From an uncultured Myxococcales bacterium (GTDB taxonomy: Bacteria > Myxococcota_A > Polyangia > Palsa-1104 > JAEUJZ01), in the NCBI GenBank assembly GCA_964554495.1, contig CAZKOY010000004.1, forward strand, positions 18,128 through 82,127: 64,000 bases of DNA, in the 5' to 3' direction. Positions 34,845 to 44,596 of the stretch are shown here, piece by piece. The translations under genes were made by a program, and so were the position numbers. The notes under the pieces were generated by a model. That model saw nothing but the letters and a program-made list of their open reading frames with translations, made no database searches and was not told where the DNA came from. How positions within the stretch are numbered: the stretch's first letter is position 1; each line of letters starts with the position of its first letter.

Positions 34845-36956
34845 ATGCAAGGCCTTGATCTGCGGACGAATTTCTTGCCCCAGCTTCTGACGCGGCTGCC
34901 AGTCAACCTGAGCGAGCGCATCCATGTCGTCTCGCCCGAGCCAGGCACGGAAAACCCGCAGCGGCCTGCCGACGGCGAGTTTGTCCTTTACTGGATGCGC
35001 ACGGCGGTGCGAGGGCACGAAAACCCCGCGCTCGACGTGGCGCTGACGTTGTCGGGGCTTCTTGAGCGCCCGCTGTTCGTCTATCACGCGCTGTCCGAGC
35101 GCTATCCCTATGCCTCGGATCGGCACCATCGCTTTATCTTGGAAGGCGCACGCGATGTGCAAGCAGAGCTTGCGGCGCGCGGCATCGGCTATGCCTGTCA
35201 CGTCGAGCGCCCAGGTCAGCGCGGACCGCACCTGAAGACGCTGGCGCAGCGGGCCTGTGTTGTGGTCACGGAAGACATGCCATGGGCACCGCTTGTCGCC
35301 TGGACGCAGAGCCTGGCGACGTCGCTGCGGCGCGCTGTGCTGGCTGTTGATACCGCCTGCGTCTTGCCGGCGCGGCGCATCGGACGCGCGTGGCTGCGCG
35401 CCTTTGCCTTTCGCGCGGCGACCGCCCGCGAGCGACTGCAGCGAGCGCTGCGCCCATGGTCCGAGATCACGCCGCCCTATCCGGCCTTTGTGCCGAGCCT
35501 GCCGTTTGTGCCGCTTGATCTCGCCGCGACGGATCTTTCCGCGCTCATCGCCCGCTGCGAGATCGATCACAGCGTCGGTCCGGTACACCATACGCGCGGC
35601 GGCAGCCAGGCTGGCTATGCTCGCTGGCAGCGCTTTTTGCACGACGGGCTCGATCGCTATGCCACGCAGCGCGATGACCCGCTGAAGCCGTCGGGCTCAA
35701 GCCGCATGTCGGCGTACCTGCACTATGGCCAGGTGTCGCCGCTGCGCATCGCGCGACAGGCAGCGCAAGCGATCTGCTCAGACGACAGCCGCGACAAGTT
35801 CCTCGACGAGCTCTTGACCTGGCGCGAGCTGGCACATGTCTTTTGCACCTATGAGCCACGGCACGAGACGCTGTCGGCGGTGCCGGACTGGGCGATAAAG
35901 ACTCTGCGACAGCACGAGTCGGATGCGCGACCGCTCTTGCCGTCCTGGGAACGGCTGGCGCGCGGTGAAACCGGCGAGCCGCTATGGGACGCAGCACAGC
36001 ACAGCCTGCGCATTCATGGAGAGCTGCACAACAGCCTGCGCATGGCCTGGGGCAAGGCGCTGCTTTCGTGGACACCGAGCGCCGAACGCGCGCTGGATCT
36101 GCTCATCGATCTGAACCATCGCTATGCCCTGGATGGTCGCGATCCCTCGTCGTATGGCGGCATCTTGTGGTGCTTGGGACAGTTCGATCGGCCGTTTCCG
36201 CCACAGCGTCCGTATCTGGGCATCGTTCGTCCTCTTTCGCTGCGCGTATTCGCCAAGAAACTGGCGCCGCTGGCCTATCGCGCGCAGGTACTGCGACCGG
36301 CCCGTGAACAGGCGCTGCGCGTCGCGGTGCTGGGCGATGACATGGCGGCACTGATCTGCGCACGCACGCTAATCGACCACTGCATCCCTGCTCACCTTTT
36401 CTGCGTGAACGATGCAGCCCCTGCGGGCTCTGCTGCGCTGCAGAAGATGCAAGAGTTTGTCATTTCGGATCAACGCCTTCGACGGCATATCGATTCGTGG
36501 ATGCAAGATGCTGTCATTTCGCAACTGCGGTCGTCCCCCAGTGAGCCGACGCTCGCCGAGCGGTATCTGCCCCAGGGACCTGCCGGATCGCTGGCGGCAC
36601 ACCTGGGCCGGGGCCTGAACGCGCCGGTCCCGCTGACGTCGCTGCAGCTTGAACATCGCGCGTCGATGTGGTGGCTAAAGGCCCTGCCTGTGGACTCGTC
36701 ACAACAAAGCGCCGTGCCGTCTGAGTGGGGTCCATTTGATGCGCTGCTGGCCACATCCGCCGAGAGCAGTGCATGGCTGCAGCGGGCACTTTCGCGGGCC
36801 CACACTGCCGATCTGCAGATCGCGCTATCCGACGACGAGCCTGGCTTTTGCGCGGCCAGTGGCCTGGGCGTGTGTCGTCGCACCGCGCAGTCGGACACGC
36901 TGCAGGATGCGCTGCTGTCAGGGATGGCCTTGGCGGGACGAGTCCTTGGTTGCTAG
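34845..36956 (+). CDS. phr: Class II CPD photolyase fused to a C-terminal FAD/NAD-oxidoreductase-like domain
   Basis: FVLYWMRTAVRGHENPALDVAL...SRMSAYLHYGQVSPLRIA...FLDELLTWRELA...HNSLRMAWGKALLSW...YALDGRDPSSYGGILWCLGQFDRPF. The extra ~220 aa begin LRVAVLGDDMAALICARTL, a degenerate GxGxxG. Confidence 0.8.
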   Translation: MQGLDLRTNFLPQLLTRLPVNLSERIHVVSPEPGTENPQRPADGEFVLYWMRTAVRGHENPALDVALTLSGLLERPLFVYHALSERYPYASDRHHRFILEGARDVQAELAARGIGYACHVERPGQRGPHLKTLAQRACVVVTEDMPWAPLVAWTQSLATSLRRAVLAVDTACVLPARRIGRAWLRAFAFRAATARERLQRALRPWSEITPPYPAFVPSLPFVPLDLAATDLSALIARCEIDHSVGPVHHTRGGSQAGYARWQRFLHDGLDRYATQRDDPLKPSGSSRMSAYLHYGQVSPLRIARQAAQAICSDDSRDKFLDELLTWRELAHVFCTYEPRHETLSAVPDWAIKTLRQHESDARPLLPSWERLARGETGEPLWDAAQHSLRIHGELHNSLRMAWGKALLSWTPSAERALDLLIDLNHRYALDGRDPSSYGGILWCLGQFDRPFPPQRPYLGIVRPLSLRVFAKKLAPLAYRAQVLRPAREQALRVAVLGDDMAALICARTLIDHCIPAHLFCVNDAAPAGSAALQKMQEFVISDQRLRRHIDSWMQDAVISQLRSSPSEPTLAERYLPQGPAGSLAAHLGRGLNAPVPLTSLQLEHRASMWWLKALPVDSSQQSAVPSEWGPFDALLATSAESSAWLQRALSRAHTADLQIALSDDEPGFCAASGLGVCRRTAQSDTLQDALLSGMALAGRVLGC

Positions 36957-37074
36957 CAGTCCCTTGCACACACTGCTTTACCCGAAAAGCACGTCGTTTC
37001 TAAAATGGGCTCTCAACTGCCGCGCCAGCCCCGGCTTACTGTGAGCCGACCTCTCGGCGCGCGAGAGGAACCCG

Positions 37075-40000
37075 ATGAATCCCCCGGTCCTGGCTGCAGG
37101 CACAGTGGAAGGCGAGCGCTTTGTTATCGAGCGCCTGGCGGGCAGCGGCGGCATGAGCTCGGTCTATCGCGCTCTCGATCGAAAGACAGATCGGCCGGTC
37201 GCCATCAAGTACCTCGCGCTGCGCACACAGCTACAGCAGGAAGCGGCGCGCTTCCTGCGCGAGATTCAGCTTCTTGCCGAGCTTTCGCATCCCGGCATCG
37301 TCGGCTATGTCCACCACGGGCAGTCCGCCGCGGGTCTGCCCTATCTGGTCATGGAATGGCTAGATGGCGAAGACCTGACCCGTCGGCTTTCGCGTGGCCC
37401 CTTGAGCGTCGCCGAGAGCGTGCGGCTGGCGCAGAAGGTCTGCGAGGCGCTGGAGCTTCTGCACAGTCGCGGCATCGTCCACCGCGATATCAAGCCGAGC
37501 AACCTGTTCCTGCGCGATGGCCTGATCGATCGCGTCACACTACTGGATCTGGGCGTTGCGCGACGAAGTGCGTCACACCGCACGATGACGCAGACCGGCA
37601 TCGTCATCGGCACGCCCGAGTACATGTCGCCCGAGCAGGCGCGTGGGCGTCGTGACATCGGGCCACCGGCCGACATCTTTTCCTTGGGCTGCGTGCTGCA
37701 CGAGTGCCTGACCGGCCGGCCGCCGTTTATGGGCGAGCATTTGTCGGCGCTGCTGTCGCGCATTTTGTTCGAAGATGCGCCGCGACTGAGCAGCGCGTGG
37801 CGCAATGTGTCGCCGCAGCTTGATGCACTGGTGCAGGCCATGCTGCGGCGCGAGCCGGATCAGCGACCGCAGAGTGCCGGTGTGCTTCTGGCTGAGCTCA
37901 ACAAGATCCCGATCGTCGACGACAGCCAGACGATGTCGCCACTGCCCAAGGCCATGACAGGCATCGGCGCTGACGAACAGCAGCTAGTCACGGTGGTCGT
38001 CGCAGCCGAGCCAGATCCACGCAGCGTGACCGGACCAAGCAGCATGCTGTCGGCCAGCGAGCTAGCAGAGGAACGCAGCGCGCTGCGGCTGCGCTTGGCG
38101 GACTTCGCGGCACCGATCGAGTGGCTGGCCGATGGCTCGCTGTGCGCCACGCTGAAGAATATCGGCAGCGCTGCCGATCAAGTGACCTTGGCGGCGCGCT
38201 TGGCGCTTGCCATTCGCGAGGCTTGGCCCAGCGCCATCATCGCCATGGCCACCGGTCGCAGCATCGTGCGCGAGCGCGTGCCCATCGGCGAGGCCATCGA
38301 TCGCGCCGTGGCCTCGCTGCGCCAGCAGCAGAACCGCGTGCTCGCCGCAGCCGCGGACCGCTCGTTGCTGGCGGCGGTGACGCGCGTTGTCTGGCTGGAC
38401 GCGCTGTCCGCTGATTTTCTTGAACAGCGCTTCACGCTAGAGACGCTCGCGGAAGGCCGTGGACTGCTTGCCGAGCCAGAGGACTTTGATGACCAGCGTC
38501 TGCTGCTTGGGCGCCCAACGACCTGCGTGGGACGCGAGCAAGACCTGGCCGTGTTGGAAATGGAGCTTGTGAATGTGCTGGAGCACCTGTCGCCTGCCGC
38601 GATGGTGATCACGGCGCCGGCCGGGTTTGGTAAGTCGCGCCTGCGGCATGAATTTCTGCGACGGCAGACCATGCGCGGGCAGGCTCTGGCCATGCTGATG
38701 GGGCGCGCCGATCCGCTGGCGGTGGGCACGCCGTATGCGCCGCTTTCGCGCGCTCTGCGGCAGGCCTGCGGCATTCATAGTGGGGACTCTCTGGCCGAGC
38801 AGCAGGAAAAAATCCGGCGACACATCGAGCAGCTGTTTTCGCTATCACCAAGTGCCGACAAGCCCCCGCCATCCGAGCCTTCGCTGGAAGCCCTGCCCGA
38901 GTTCCTGGGCGAGCTTATGGGAGTTCATTTTCCCGATGACGCCAGCGTAAAGCTGCGCGCGGCTCGCAGCGATCCCAAGGTCATGGGCGATCAAGTCAGC
39001 CAGGCCTTTCTGCGGTACCTGCAACAAGCCGCCGGGGTGGCTCCGCTGGTCTTTGTTCTGGAAGATCTGCACTGGGCAGACAGTCAGACGATCAAGCTGG
39101 TTGATCTGGCCTTGCGCGAGCTGAAGCAGCCGCTTTTCGTGCTAGCCATGGCGCGGCCCGAGATTCATACGCTGTACCCCAACCTGTGGGTCGGCCGCAT
39201 GCAAGAGCTCAAGCTGCCGGGGCTAAGCCGCCGCGCGGCCGAGCGCATGATTCGTCAGATGCTGGGTCCGCAGGCCACGCCGTCTTTGGTGACGCAGCTT
39301 GTAAACCAGGCCGATGGCAATGCGTTTTATCTGGAAGAGCTGATTCGCGCCGTCGCCACAGGTAAGCGAGACGCGCTGCCCGAGACGGTGCTGGCCATGC
39401 TGCAGGTGCGTCTGCAGTCCTTGGATATCACGTCGCGTCGTGTCCTGCGGTCGGCCAGCGTGTTTGGCGAGATCTTTTGGCGGACGGGGATCCGTGGGCT
39501 GCAGCCTGGCCAGCTTTCCGAGCCAGAGCTTGACCGAGCGCTTCGATCGCTGTGCGAAAGTGAGCTGATCGCGCAGCGGCCCGAGAGCCGCCTGCCCGGT
39601 GAGGACGAGTTTGCCTTCCGTCATGCACTGGTGCGCGAGGCCACATACGGCCTGCTTTCCGACGAAGATCGCGTGAATGCGCACAGCCTGGCCGCTGAGT
39701 ACCTAGAAAAAGCCGGCGAGCTCGATCCGATGGTCTTGGCGGAACACTTTCGCTTGGGGCACAGCCGCGAGCGAGCGCTGGCGCCGTATACGCGGGCCGC
39801 GATGCAGGCCCTTTCGGCCAACGATCTGCAGGCTACGCTGGCTCGCGTCGAGCTTGCCAAGCGCTGCGGAGCCAGCGGGGAAGCCTTGGGGACGCTAGAG
39901 GCGCTGGCCTGCACGGCGCACTTCTGGCGCGACGACTTTCAGTCGGCCTATCCGGCGGGCTGCCAAGCGCTGCTGCTTCTGCCGCGCGGCAGTCGGCTGT

Positions 40001-40893
40001 GGATGCAGTCCCTGGGCAACATGCTGACCTTCACGAGCCTTATGGGAAAGCAGGATCATTTTCGCAGCCTGATCGGCGAGTTCAGCACCGTCGTTCCAAG
40101 CGGCGACGGACTTGGGATGTATGTCGAGGCCGGCTCTCTTTTGATCAGCATGTTCAGCTTTGGTGGGATTCGCGATGCCGCGCAGGGCTTCTTGGGGTTG
40201 GTCGAAGCGGTGGGCCAGCCGTGTCTGAGTAGCGATCCCTTGGCGCGGGCGTGGTTCAAGCAAGCGCACGCCATTTTTTTGCTGATGCTGGGCAGCGATC
40301 CGGCTCGCGCGGTCACGCTGGCCAAAGAGGGGCTTGCCGCTGCACATGAAGCCGGAGCACGCCGCAACCAGGTGCTGATCAGCGCCTTTTTGGGCATGGC
40401 GCTTGAGCTTGCGAACGAATCCACCGTTGCAGAGAACGTGCTGCGCGAAAATCTAAGCCACGCGCAGCGCTTGGCTGAGCCGCTTTCCATCTCGCACGCT
40501 AAGGTGTGGCTGGCCATGGTGCTGCGCTGTCGGCGAGATCAGGCGGCGCAGCGCGAGGCGGCGAAGCTAGCCAGCGAGGTGCTCGCCACAAAAGGAGCCA
40601 ACGCGTTTTATGTCGTGGCCTGTCAGTGCGTGCTGGCCAGTGCTCGCCTTTTTGCCGGTGACTTGGCTGGGGCCGAAGCGGCTTTTGCGGCGGCAGCCCC
40701 CCTGCATTCGTTTCTGCCCATCTTGCACGGACTGGCCCTGTCGACGCAGCTTGCCGTCCTGCGGGCCGCTGGGCGCAGCGACGAAGCCAAGCACACCGCA
40801 GCGACGGCGCAAGCCCTCTTGGATCGTCTGAGCCCGCTTGGGCTCGCCGAACACGCCATGCGCAGTGAGCTTGCCGCGGTCGCCGCGGGCTAG
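37075..40893 (+). CDS. Ser/Thr kinase - AAA/STAND ATPase - TPR-like protein (PknK-type architecture)
   Basis: GSGGMSSVYRALDRKTDRPVAIKYL, HRDIKPSNLFL, DLGVA, GTPEYMSPE. Walker A in MVITAPAGFGKSRL. LVFVLEDLHWAD is Walker B-like. A long helical-repeat C-terminus follows. Confidence 0.85.
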   Translation: MNPPVLAAGTVEGERFVIERLAGSGGMSSVYRALDRKTDRPVAIKYLALRTQLQQEAARFLREIQLLAELSHPGIVGYVHHGQSAAGLPYLVMEWLDGEDLTRRLSRGPLSVAESVRLAQKVCEALELLHSRGIVHRDIKPSNLFLRDGLIDRVTLLDLGVARRSASHRTMTQTGIVIGTPEYMSPEQARGRRDIGPPADIFSLGCVLHECLTGRPPFMGEHLSALLSRILFEDAPRLSSAWRNVSPQLDALVQAMLRREPDQRPQSAGVLLAELNKIPIVDDSQTMSPLPKAMTGIGADEQQLVTVVVAAEPDPRSVTGPSSMLSASELAEERSALRLRLADFAAPIEWLADGSLCATLKNIGSAADQVTLAARLALAIREAWPSAIIAMATGRSIVRERVPIGEAIDRAVASLRQQQNRVLAAAADRSLLAAVTRVVWLDALSADFLEQRFTLETLAEGRGLLAEPEDFDDQRLLLGRPTTCVGREQDLAVLEMELVNVLEHLSPAAMVITAPAGFGKSRLRHEFLRRQTMRGQALAMLMGRADPLAVGTPYAPLSRALRQACGIHSGDSLAEQQEKIRRHIEQLFSLSPSADKPPPSEPSLEALPEFLGELMGVHFPDDASVKLRAARSDPKVMGDQVSQAFLRYLQQAAGVAPLVFVLEDLHWADSQTIKLVDLALRELKQPLFVLAMARPEIHTLYPNLWVGRMQELKLPGLSRRAAERMIRQMLGPQATPSLVTQLVNQADGNAFYLEELIRAVATGKRDALPETVLAMLQVRLQSLDITSRRVLRSASVFGEIFWRTGIRGLQPGQLSEPELDRALRSLCESELIAQRPESRLPGEDEFAFRHALVREATYGLLSDEDRVNAHSLAAEYLEKAGELDPMVLAEHFRLGHSRERALAPYTRAAMQALSANDLQATLARVELAKRCGASGEALGTLEALACTAHFWRDDFQSAYPAGCQALLLLPRGSRLWMQSLGNMLTFTSLMGKQDHFRSLIGEFSTVVPSGDGLGMYVEAGSLLISMFSFGGIRDAAQGFLGLVEAVGQPCLSSDPLARAWFKQAHAIFLLMLGSDPARAVTLAKEGLAAAHEAGARRNQVLISAFLGMALELANESTVAENVLRENLSHAQRLAEPLSISHAKVWLAMVLRCRRDQAAQREAAKLASEVLATKGANAFYVVACQCVLASARLFAGDLAGAEAAFAAAAPLHSFLPILHGLALSTQLAVLRAAGRSDEAKHTAATAQALLDRLSPLGLAEHAMRSELAAVAAG

Positions 40894-40909
40894 ATTCGCT
40901 TTGACGCGC

Positions 40910-42085
40910 TTAGCTGCAGGGGAAGAGCTGCTGCAGGGTGCTGATCATGTCGTCGATATTGACGGAGTTGGGATCGGTCTTTTGGACTTCTTTGCGCAGC
41001 GTCTGGGCAAGAGTGGTGTTCCGCGCAGTGGCCGCGCGATCGAGCGCAGCAGCGGTGATGTTGATAAATGCCCAGTCGGCGGCCCGTCGCTCGCCCGAGT
41101 TGCGCTTCATGTAGCCCAGACGATCGATGACCGTGGCAGCCAACGCGCGATCGAGCGCGCGATCGAGCTGACCGTAGGCCAAGTTCTGCAGGGTGCTGTT
41201 GCCGGGGGGCAGCATGCGATCGACATCGCGCCAGCAGCGCACAGCCAGCGAGGCGTCATACACGCGATCGGCTGCGGCAGCGTCGGCGACCTTGGTGTAT
41301 CGCATGAAGCCCTTGCCCGCGCTGCTGCGCGCCTCACCGCCCGTGAAGTAGGCCCATGACGAGTCGCAGTCATCGAGCTTGTCGCGACCGCAGGTGACGG
41401 CTTCTTTGTACACCGATGAATAGAGGAACCAGATCAGGATGCCCTCGACGCGGGCGGCCTGAACCCGCGGCTCTTGACCGCTGGCCCCCGCCATGATGGC
41501 GGCGTTGAGCGCTGGCACCATGCGCACCGGCCCGACGCATCGCTCGGGCTGATTGATGCTCTGCACGGGATCGGTACACAGCGTCTGTCCCATGCCGTTT
41601 ACGAACACGGGATAGTGCTCGTCTTCGCGTCGATCCAGGCGCGACTGCAAGCCATTGGCGATGCTGAGCTGCACCTTGGCCTCGGCAAAGTCGGCGGGCG
41701 TCGGCACCTTGTCGCATTCCCACAGCAAGGTGGCGATGGTCTCAAACGCCGTGATGCGCGCCACCGTGCTGATATTTGCATTGATCGGAACGTATGTATT
41801 TCCGTCGCTGACACAGGCCGGCCAGGGCGCGACCGTCTTGCCGGGCTGATAGTCCGTTCCTTGGCGGGTGCAGCTAGCTGAAGACATCACGCTGCCCGAG
41901 CCCGCTCTGCAGCCGGTGAACGATGTGTCACCAAGGTCTGGGGGCATCACCTGTTCTTGCTCCGCCGGGGTGGCTGAGCAGCCAAGCCCCAAGCCAAGCG
42001 CGAGCGCCGCGCCAAGGCCGGCCTGTTTCGTGCCCTTCCACAGCCATGCGCGAGAGGAATACGAGGAGCTAGATCGTAGAGTCAT
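40910..42085 (-). CDS. Cys-rich hypothetical lipoprotein (downstream of TonB-dependent receptor)
   Basis: Lipobox ALGLGLGCSATP with many paired Cys. 55 nt downstream of the TBDR stop on the same strand. No motif I recognise. Confidence 0.6.
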   Translation of the reverse strand: MTLRSSSSYSSRAWLWKGTKQAGLGAALALGLGLGCSATPAEQEQVMPPDLGDTSFTGCRAGSGSVMSSASCTRQGTDYQPGKTVAPWPACVSDGNTYVPINANISTVARITAFETIATLLWECDKVPTPADFAEAKVQLSIANGLQSRLDRREDEHYPVFVNGMGQTLCTDPVQSINQPERCVGPVRMVPALNAAIMAGASGQEPRVQAARVEGILIWFLYSSVYKEAVTCGRDKLDDCDSSWAYFTGGEARSSAGKGFMRYTKVADAAAADRVYDASLAVRCWRDVDRMLPPGNSTLQNLAYGQLDRALDRALAATVIDRLGYMKRNSGERRAADWAFINITAAALDRAATARNTTLAQTLRKEVQKTDPNSVNIDDMISTLQQLFPCS

Positions 42086-42140
42086 CGCAGAGTCCTTTCT
42101 GTGTAAGACAAATCTATGCGGAACCGCGTGATATGTGCCT

Positions 42141-44522
42141 CTAGCGTTCGATATCTAACGAAAATGTCACACTGCTGCTTGGGCCATTCACGCTGGATCC
42201 ATGATAGCGATACGCGACGTCGCCTGCATTTTCGACGACGAGCATGGCGGTCGCGCGGTGCAGGATGCCGCGCGGCAAAAGATCATGAAGACGCAGACCG
42301 GCGCGCAGATCGACCACAACAAAACCCGGCGTGCCACCGCGGGGAATGCGCGCATCGTTGTAATCAGCCGGGGCAAGACGCGTCTGCTCGGTGGCCCAGC
42401 GCAGGCCCGCGCCCAGGACGGTGCCGCGCAGCGGACGCAGACGAAGCTCGGCCGTGCCGTTGAGCGGCGGGATACGCGACAGCGGCACAATCGCTTGGTA
42501 GCCGACTTCGCCCGCGCCCGGCGGCGTTGGATTCGGCGCCTCGCCATAGGCATAGGCCAGAGTGGCTGACAGATCGATGCGCAGCGGCAGGTGGACGAGC
42601 AGCGCGCCTTCGGCCCCCCAGATCACGCCGCGACCGCCGATGTTGACCAACTGAAAACGTGACCACGACGTCGTGCAGCCGAGCGCATCCAGGCCGCTGC
42701 CTCGTGGACACTCGGCGATGCTGCGCGGGCGTCTCACGATGGCGTCGTGCAGGCCCATGTTGAAGAACCACGCCGAGAGCGAAAGCCAGCTAAACGTCAG
42801 TCGCACACCGGCCTCGGCCGTCAGCGAGCGCTCGGGCTGTAGCGCGGCGTTTTCGAACTGAAAGCCAGGGCCCGTCGCTTGACGTGACGACAGATCGTCC
42901 AAGTTGGGCGTGCGAAAGCCCTGGTTCAGATTGAACAGCAGCGCAAGCTCACCGCGCGGCCGCACTTCCATTCCAACGTCGAAGGCATAGGGCACAAACA
43001 GGCGATCGACCGCTTGCGTCGCTGACTCGGCATCGGCGGGCACCCAGGCCGCGGCCACGCCCAGTCGTCCTCCGGCCCGCGCGACGACATAGCGACCGAA
43101 GTTGGCTTCGGCTTCGGCAAAGCCAGCGAAGCTGGTGTAGCGCGAGCCAGCGATGTACTGCCCGCGGGACCAGTCGCGGGTGAAGCCCAGATCGAGGACA
43201 TCCAAGGCCGCCTGCGATTCGACCTGATCATGATAGAGATCCAGGCCATAGCGTCCGCGCAGCCCGAACCAGCGACGGCGCAGAGTGCTGCTCTCGCCAC
43301 GCGCAGTCAGGCCCAGCGTGTGGACCTGATCCAGGCCGCGCTCGCGCACCTTGGCTAGCGGTCGATCGCGCCGCCTTCGTTCGTGCTGCAGCTGATACGA
43401 GACCGTCGTCTGCAGCCGCGAAAGCCCACGCAGTCCCGGTGATAAACGCAGCGAGGCATAGGCCAGGGTGCGAAACTGCTCTTCATAGATCAGACACTCG
43501 TCGAGCGGCGCATAGGCCGGCGGGCACTGATCAGTACGCGGCGCATCGAACTGCAGGTACTGATAAGCGGCCAAGACTAGCTGATCGTTTTGCCGTGGGC
43601 CGGTGGCGGGTCCAAGCGGAATAACCAACCGCAGGTCCGCGGTTCCCTCGCGAAATCCGGTACCAAGCTGCGCCAAGCCGTTTCCGGTATAGCGCGGCAC
43701 TTCAGGAAACGGTGCGACCGATTGATCGATATTGCGGACCGCACGCCCGTCGAGAAGACCGGCTGTGCGATAGCCTCCGCCGGCCACCAGACCCACGCGC
43801 GGCGACAGCCAGCCCGACAGGCGCAGGCGCCCGCCCGCTTCGCGATCCGCGCTGGCAAAGCGGCCTAGAGCCTGCCCATGCAGAAGCGGTCGCGGCCGCT
43901 CGGTCGTTGGCCGCTCAGCAGCCAGCGGCTGGATGGGCAGGGCCTCGATCGCGCCGCCGATGGCATCCGAACCAAAGCGCACGGACGCCGAGCCGCGCTG
44001 CACCACGATCTGATCGATGGTCTGCGAGTCGATCGTGAAAAAGTACTGGTTCGGGCCCTGGCGATACAGGCTGTTATTGAGCCGCACGCCGTCGTACAGA
44101 AGCACGGTGTGCTGCCCGGTGACGCCGCGCAGAAACGCCGAGCCTTGGCCGTGTGCCGTCTGTTGCACATAGACACCGGGTTCATAGCGCAGCGCATCAG
44201 GGGCCGAGCGGGGCAGACGTTCGTCAAGCTGTTCGCGCGTGACGACGCTGGTCGCCCGACCCGGCACCCCTCGACTGGCTCGCACGCGCGTCTCAAACGG
44301 CGTGCTGTCTCCCGGCTCGCTTGCCGCGGAGTCCTTGGGCACAGCAGCGGGCTCGCTTGCTCCGTTGCTCGTGGCGGAATCAGGCGATGTCGGGGCGAGG
44401 CGCTGCGCCTGACTGCGTCCACAGAGGACCATGGGAAACAACAAGACCAGACACCATCGAGCGCGCACCGGCGACAGTCTATCATCCCTCTTTATGCTTC
44501 GGGCGAGTGGTGCAGCCGCCAT
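42141..44522 (-). CDS. TonB-dependent outer-membrane receptor
   Basis: Plug region ATSVVTREQLDERLPRSAPDALRYEPGVYVQQTAHGQGSAFLRGVTGQHTVLLYDGVRLNN, followed by a long beta-barrel. Start placed at MAAAPLARS (44522) to avoid overlapping the ALDH gene. Confidence 0.85.
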   Translation of the reverse strand: MAAAPLARSIKRDDRLSPVRARWCLVLLFPMVLCGRSQAQRLAPTSPDSATSNGASEPAAVPKDSAASEPGDSTPFETRVRASRGVPGRATSVVTREQLDERLPRSAPDALRYEPGVYVQQTAHGQGSAFLRGVTGQHTVLLYDGVRLNNSLYRQGPNQYFFTIDSQTIDQIVVQRGSASVRFGSDAIGGAIEALPIQPLAAERPTTERPRPLLHGQALGRFASADREAGGRLRLSGWLSPRVGLVAGGGYRTAGLLDGRAVRNIDQSVAPFPEVPRYTGNGLAQLGTGFREGTADLRLVIPLGPATGPRQNDQLVLAAYQYLQFDAPRTDQCPPAYAPLDECLIYEEQFRTLAYASLRLSPGLRGLSRLQTTVSYQLQHERRRRDRPLAKVRERGLDQVHTLGLTARGESSTLRRRWFGLRGRYGLDLYHDQVESQAALDVLDLGFTRDWSRGQYIAGSRYTSFAGFAEAEANFGRYVVARAGGRLGVAAAWVPADAESATQAVDRLFVPYAFDVGMEVRPRGELALLFNLNQGFRTPNLDDLSSRQATGPGFQFENAALQPERSLTAEAGVRLTFSWLSLSAWFFNMGLHDAIVRRPRSIAECPRGSGLDALGCTTSWSRFQLVNIGGRGVIWGAEGALLVHLPLRIDLSATLAYAYGEAPNPTPPGAGEVGYQAIVPLSRIPPLNGTAELRLRPLRGTVLGAGLRWATEQTRLAPADYNDARIPRGGTPGFVVVDLRAGLRLHDLLPRGILHRATAMLVVENAGDVAYRYHGSSVNGPSSSVTFSLDIER

Positions 44523-44596
44523 GCCGCGCGGAAGGCACACAGCGCAGAGCCGCGGCGAAGGAACGGGCCGCGAGCGAACGTCGTTGGCCCGCTTCG

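Noticed and set aside
44523-44596. Possible cobalamin or other riboswitch in front of the TonB-dependent receptor
   Set aside because: Only about 75-150 nt are available, and I could not find a B12 box or the conserved GGTG/AGGGAA core in the proper arrangement. That is too little evidence.
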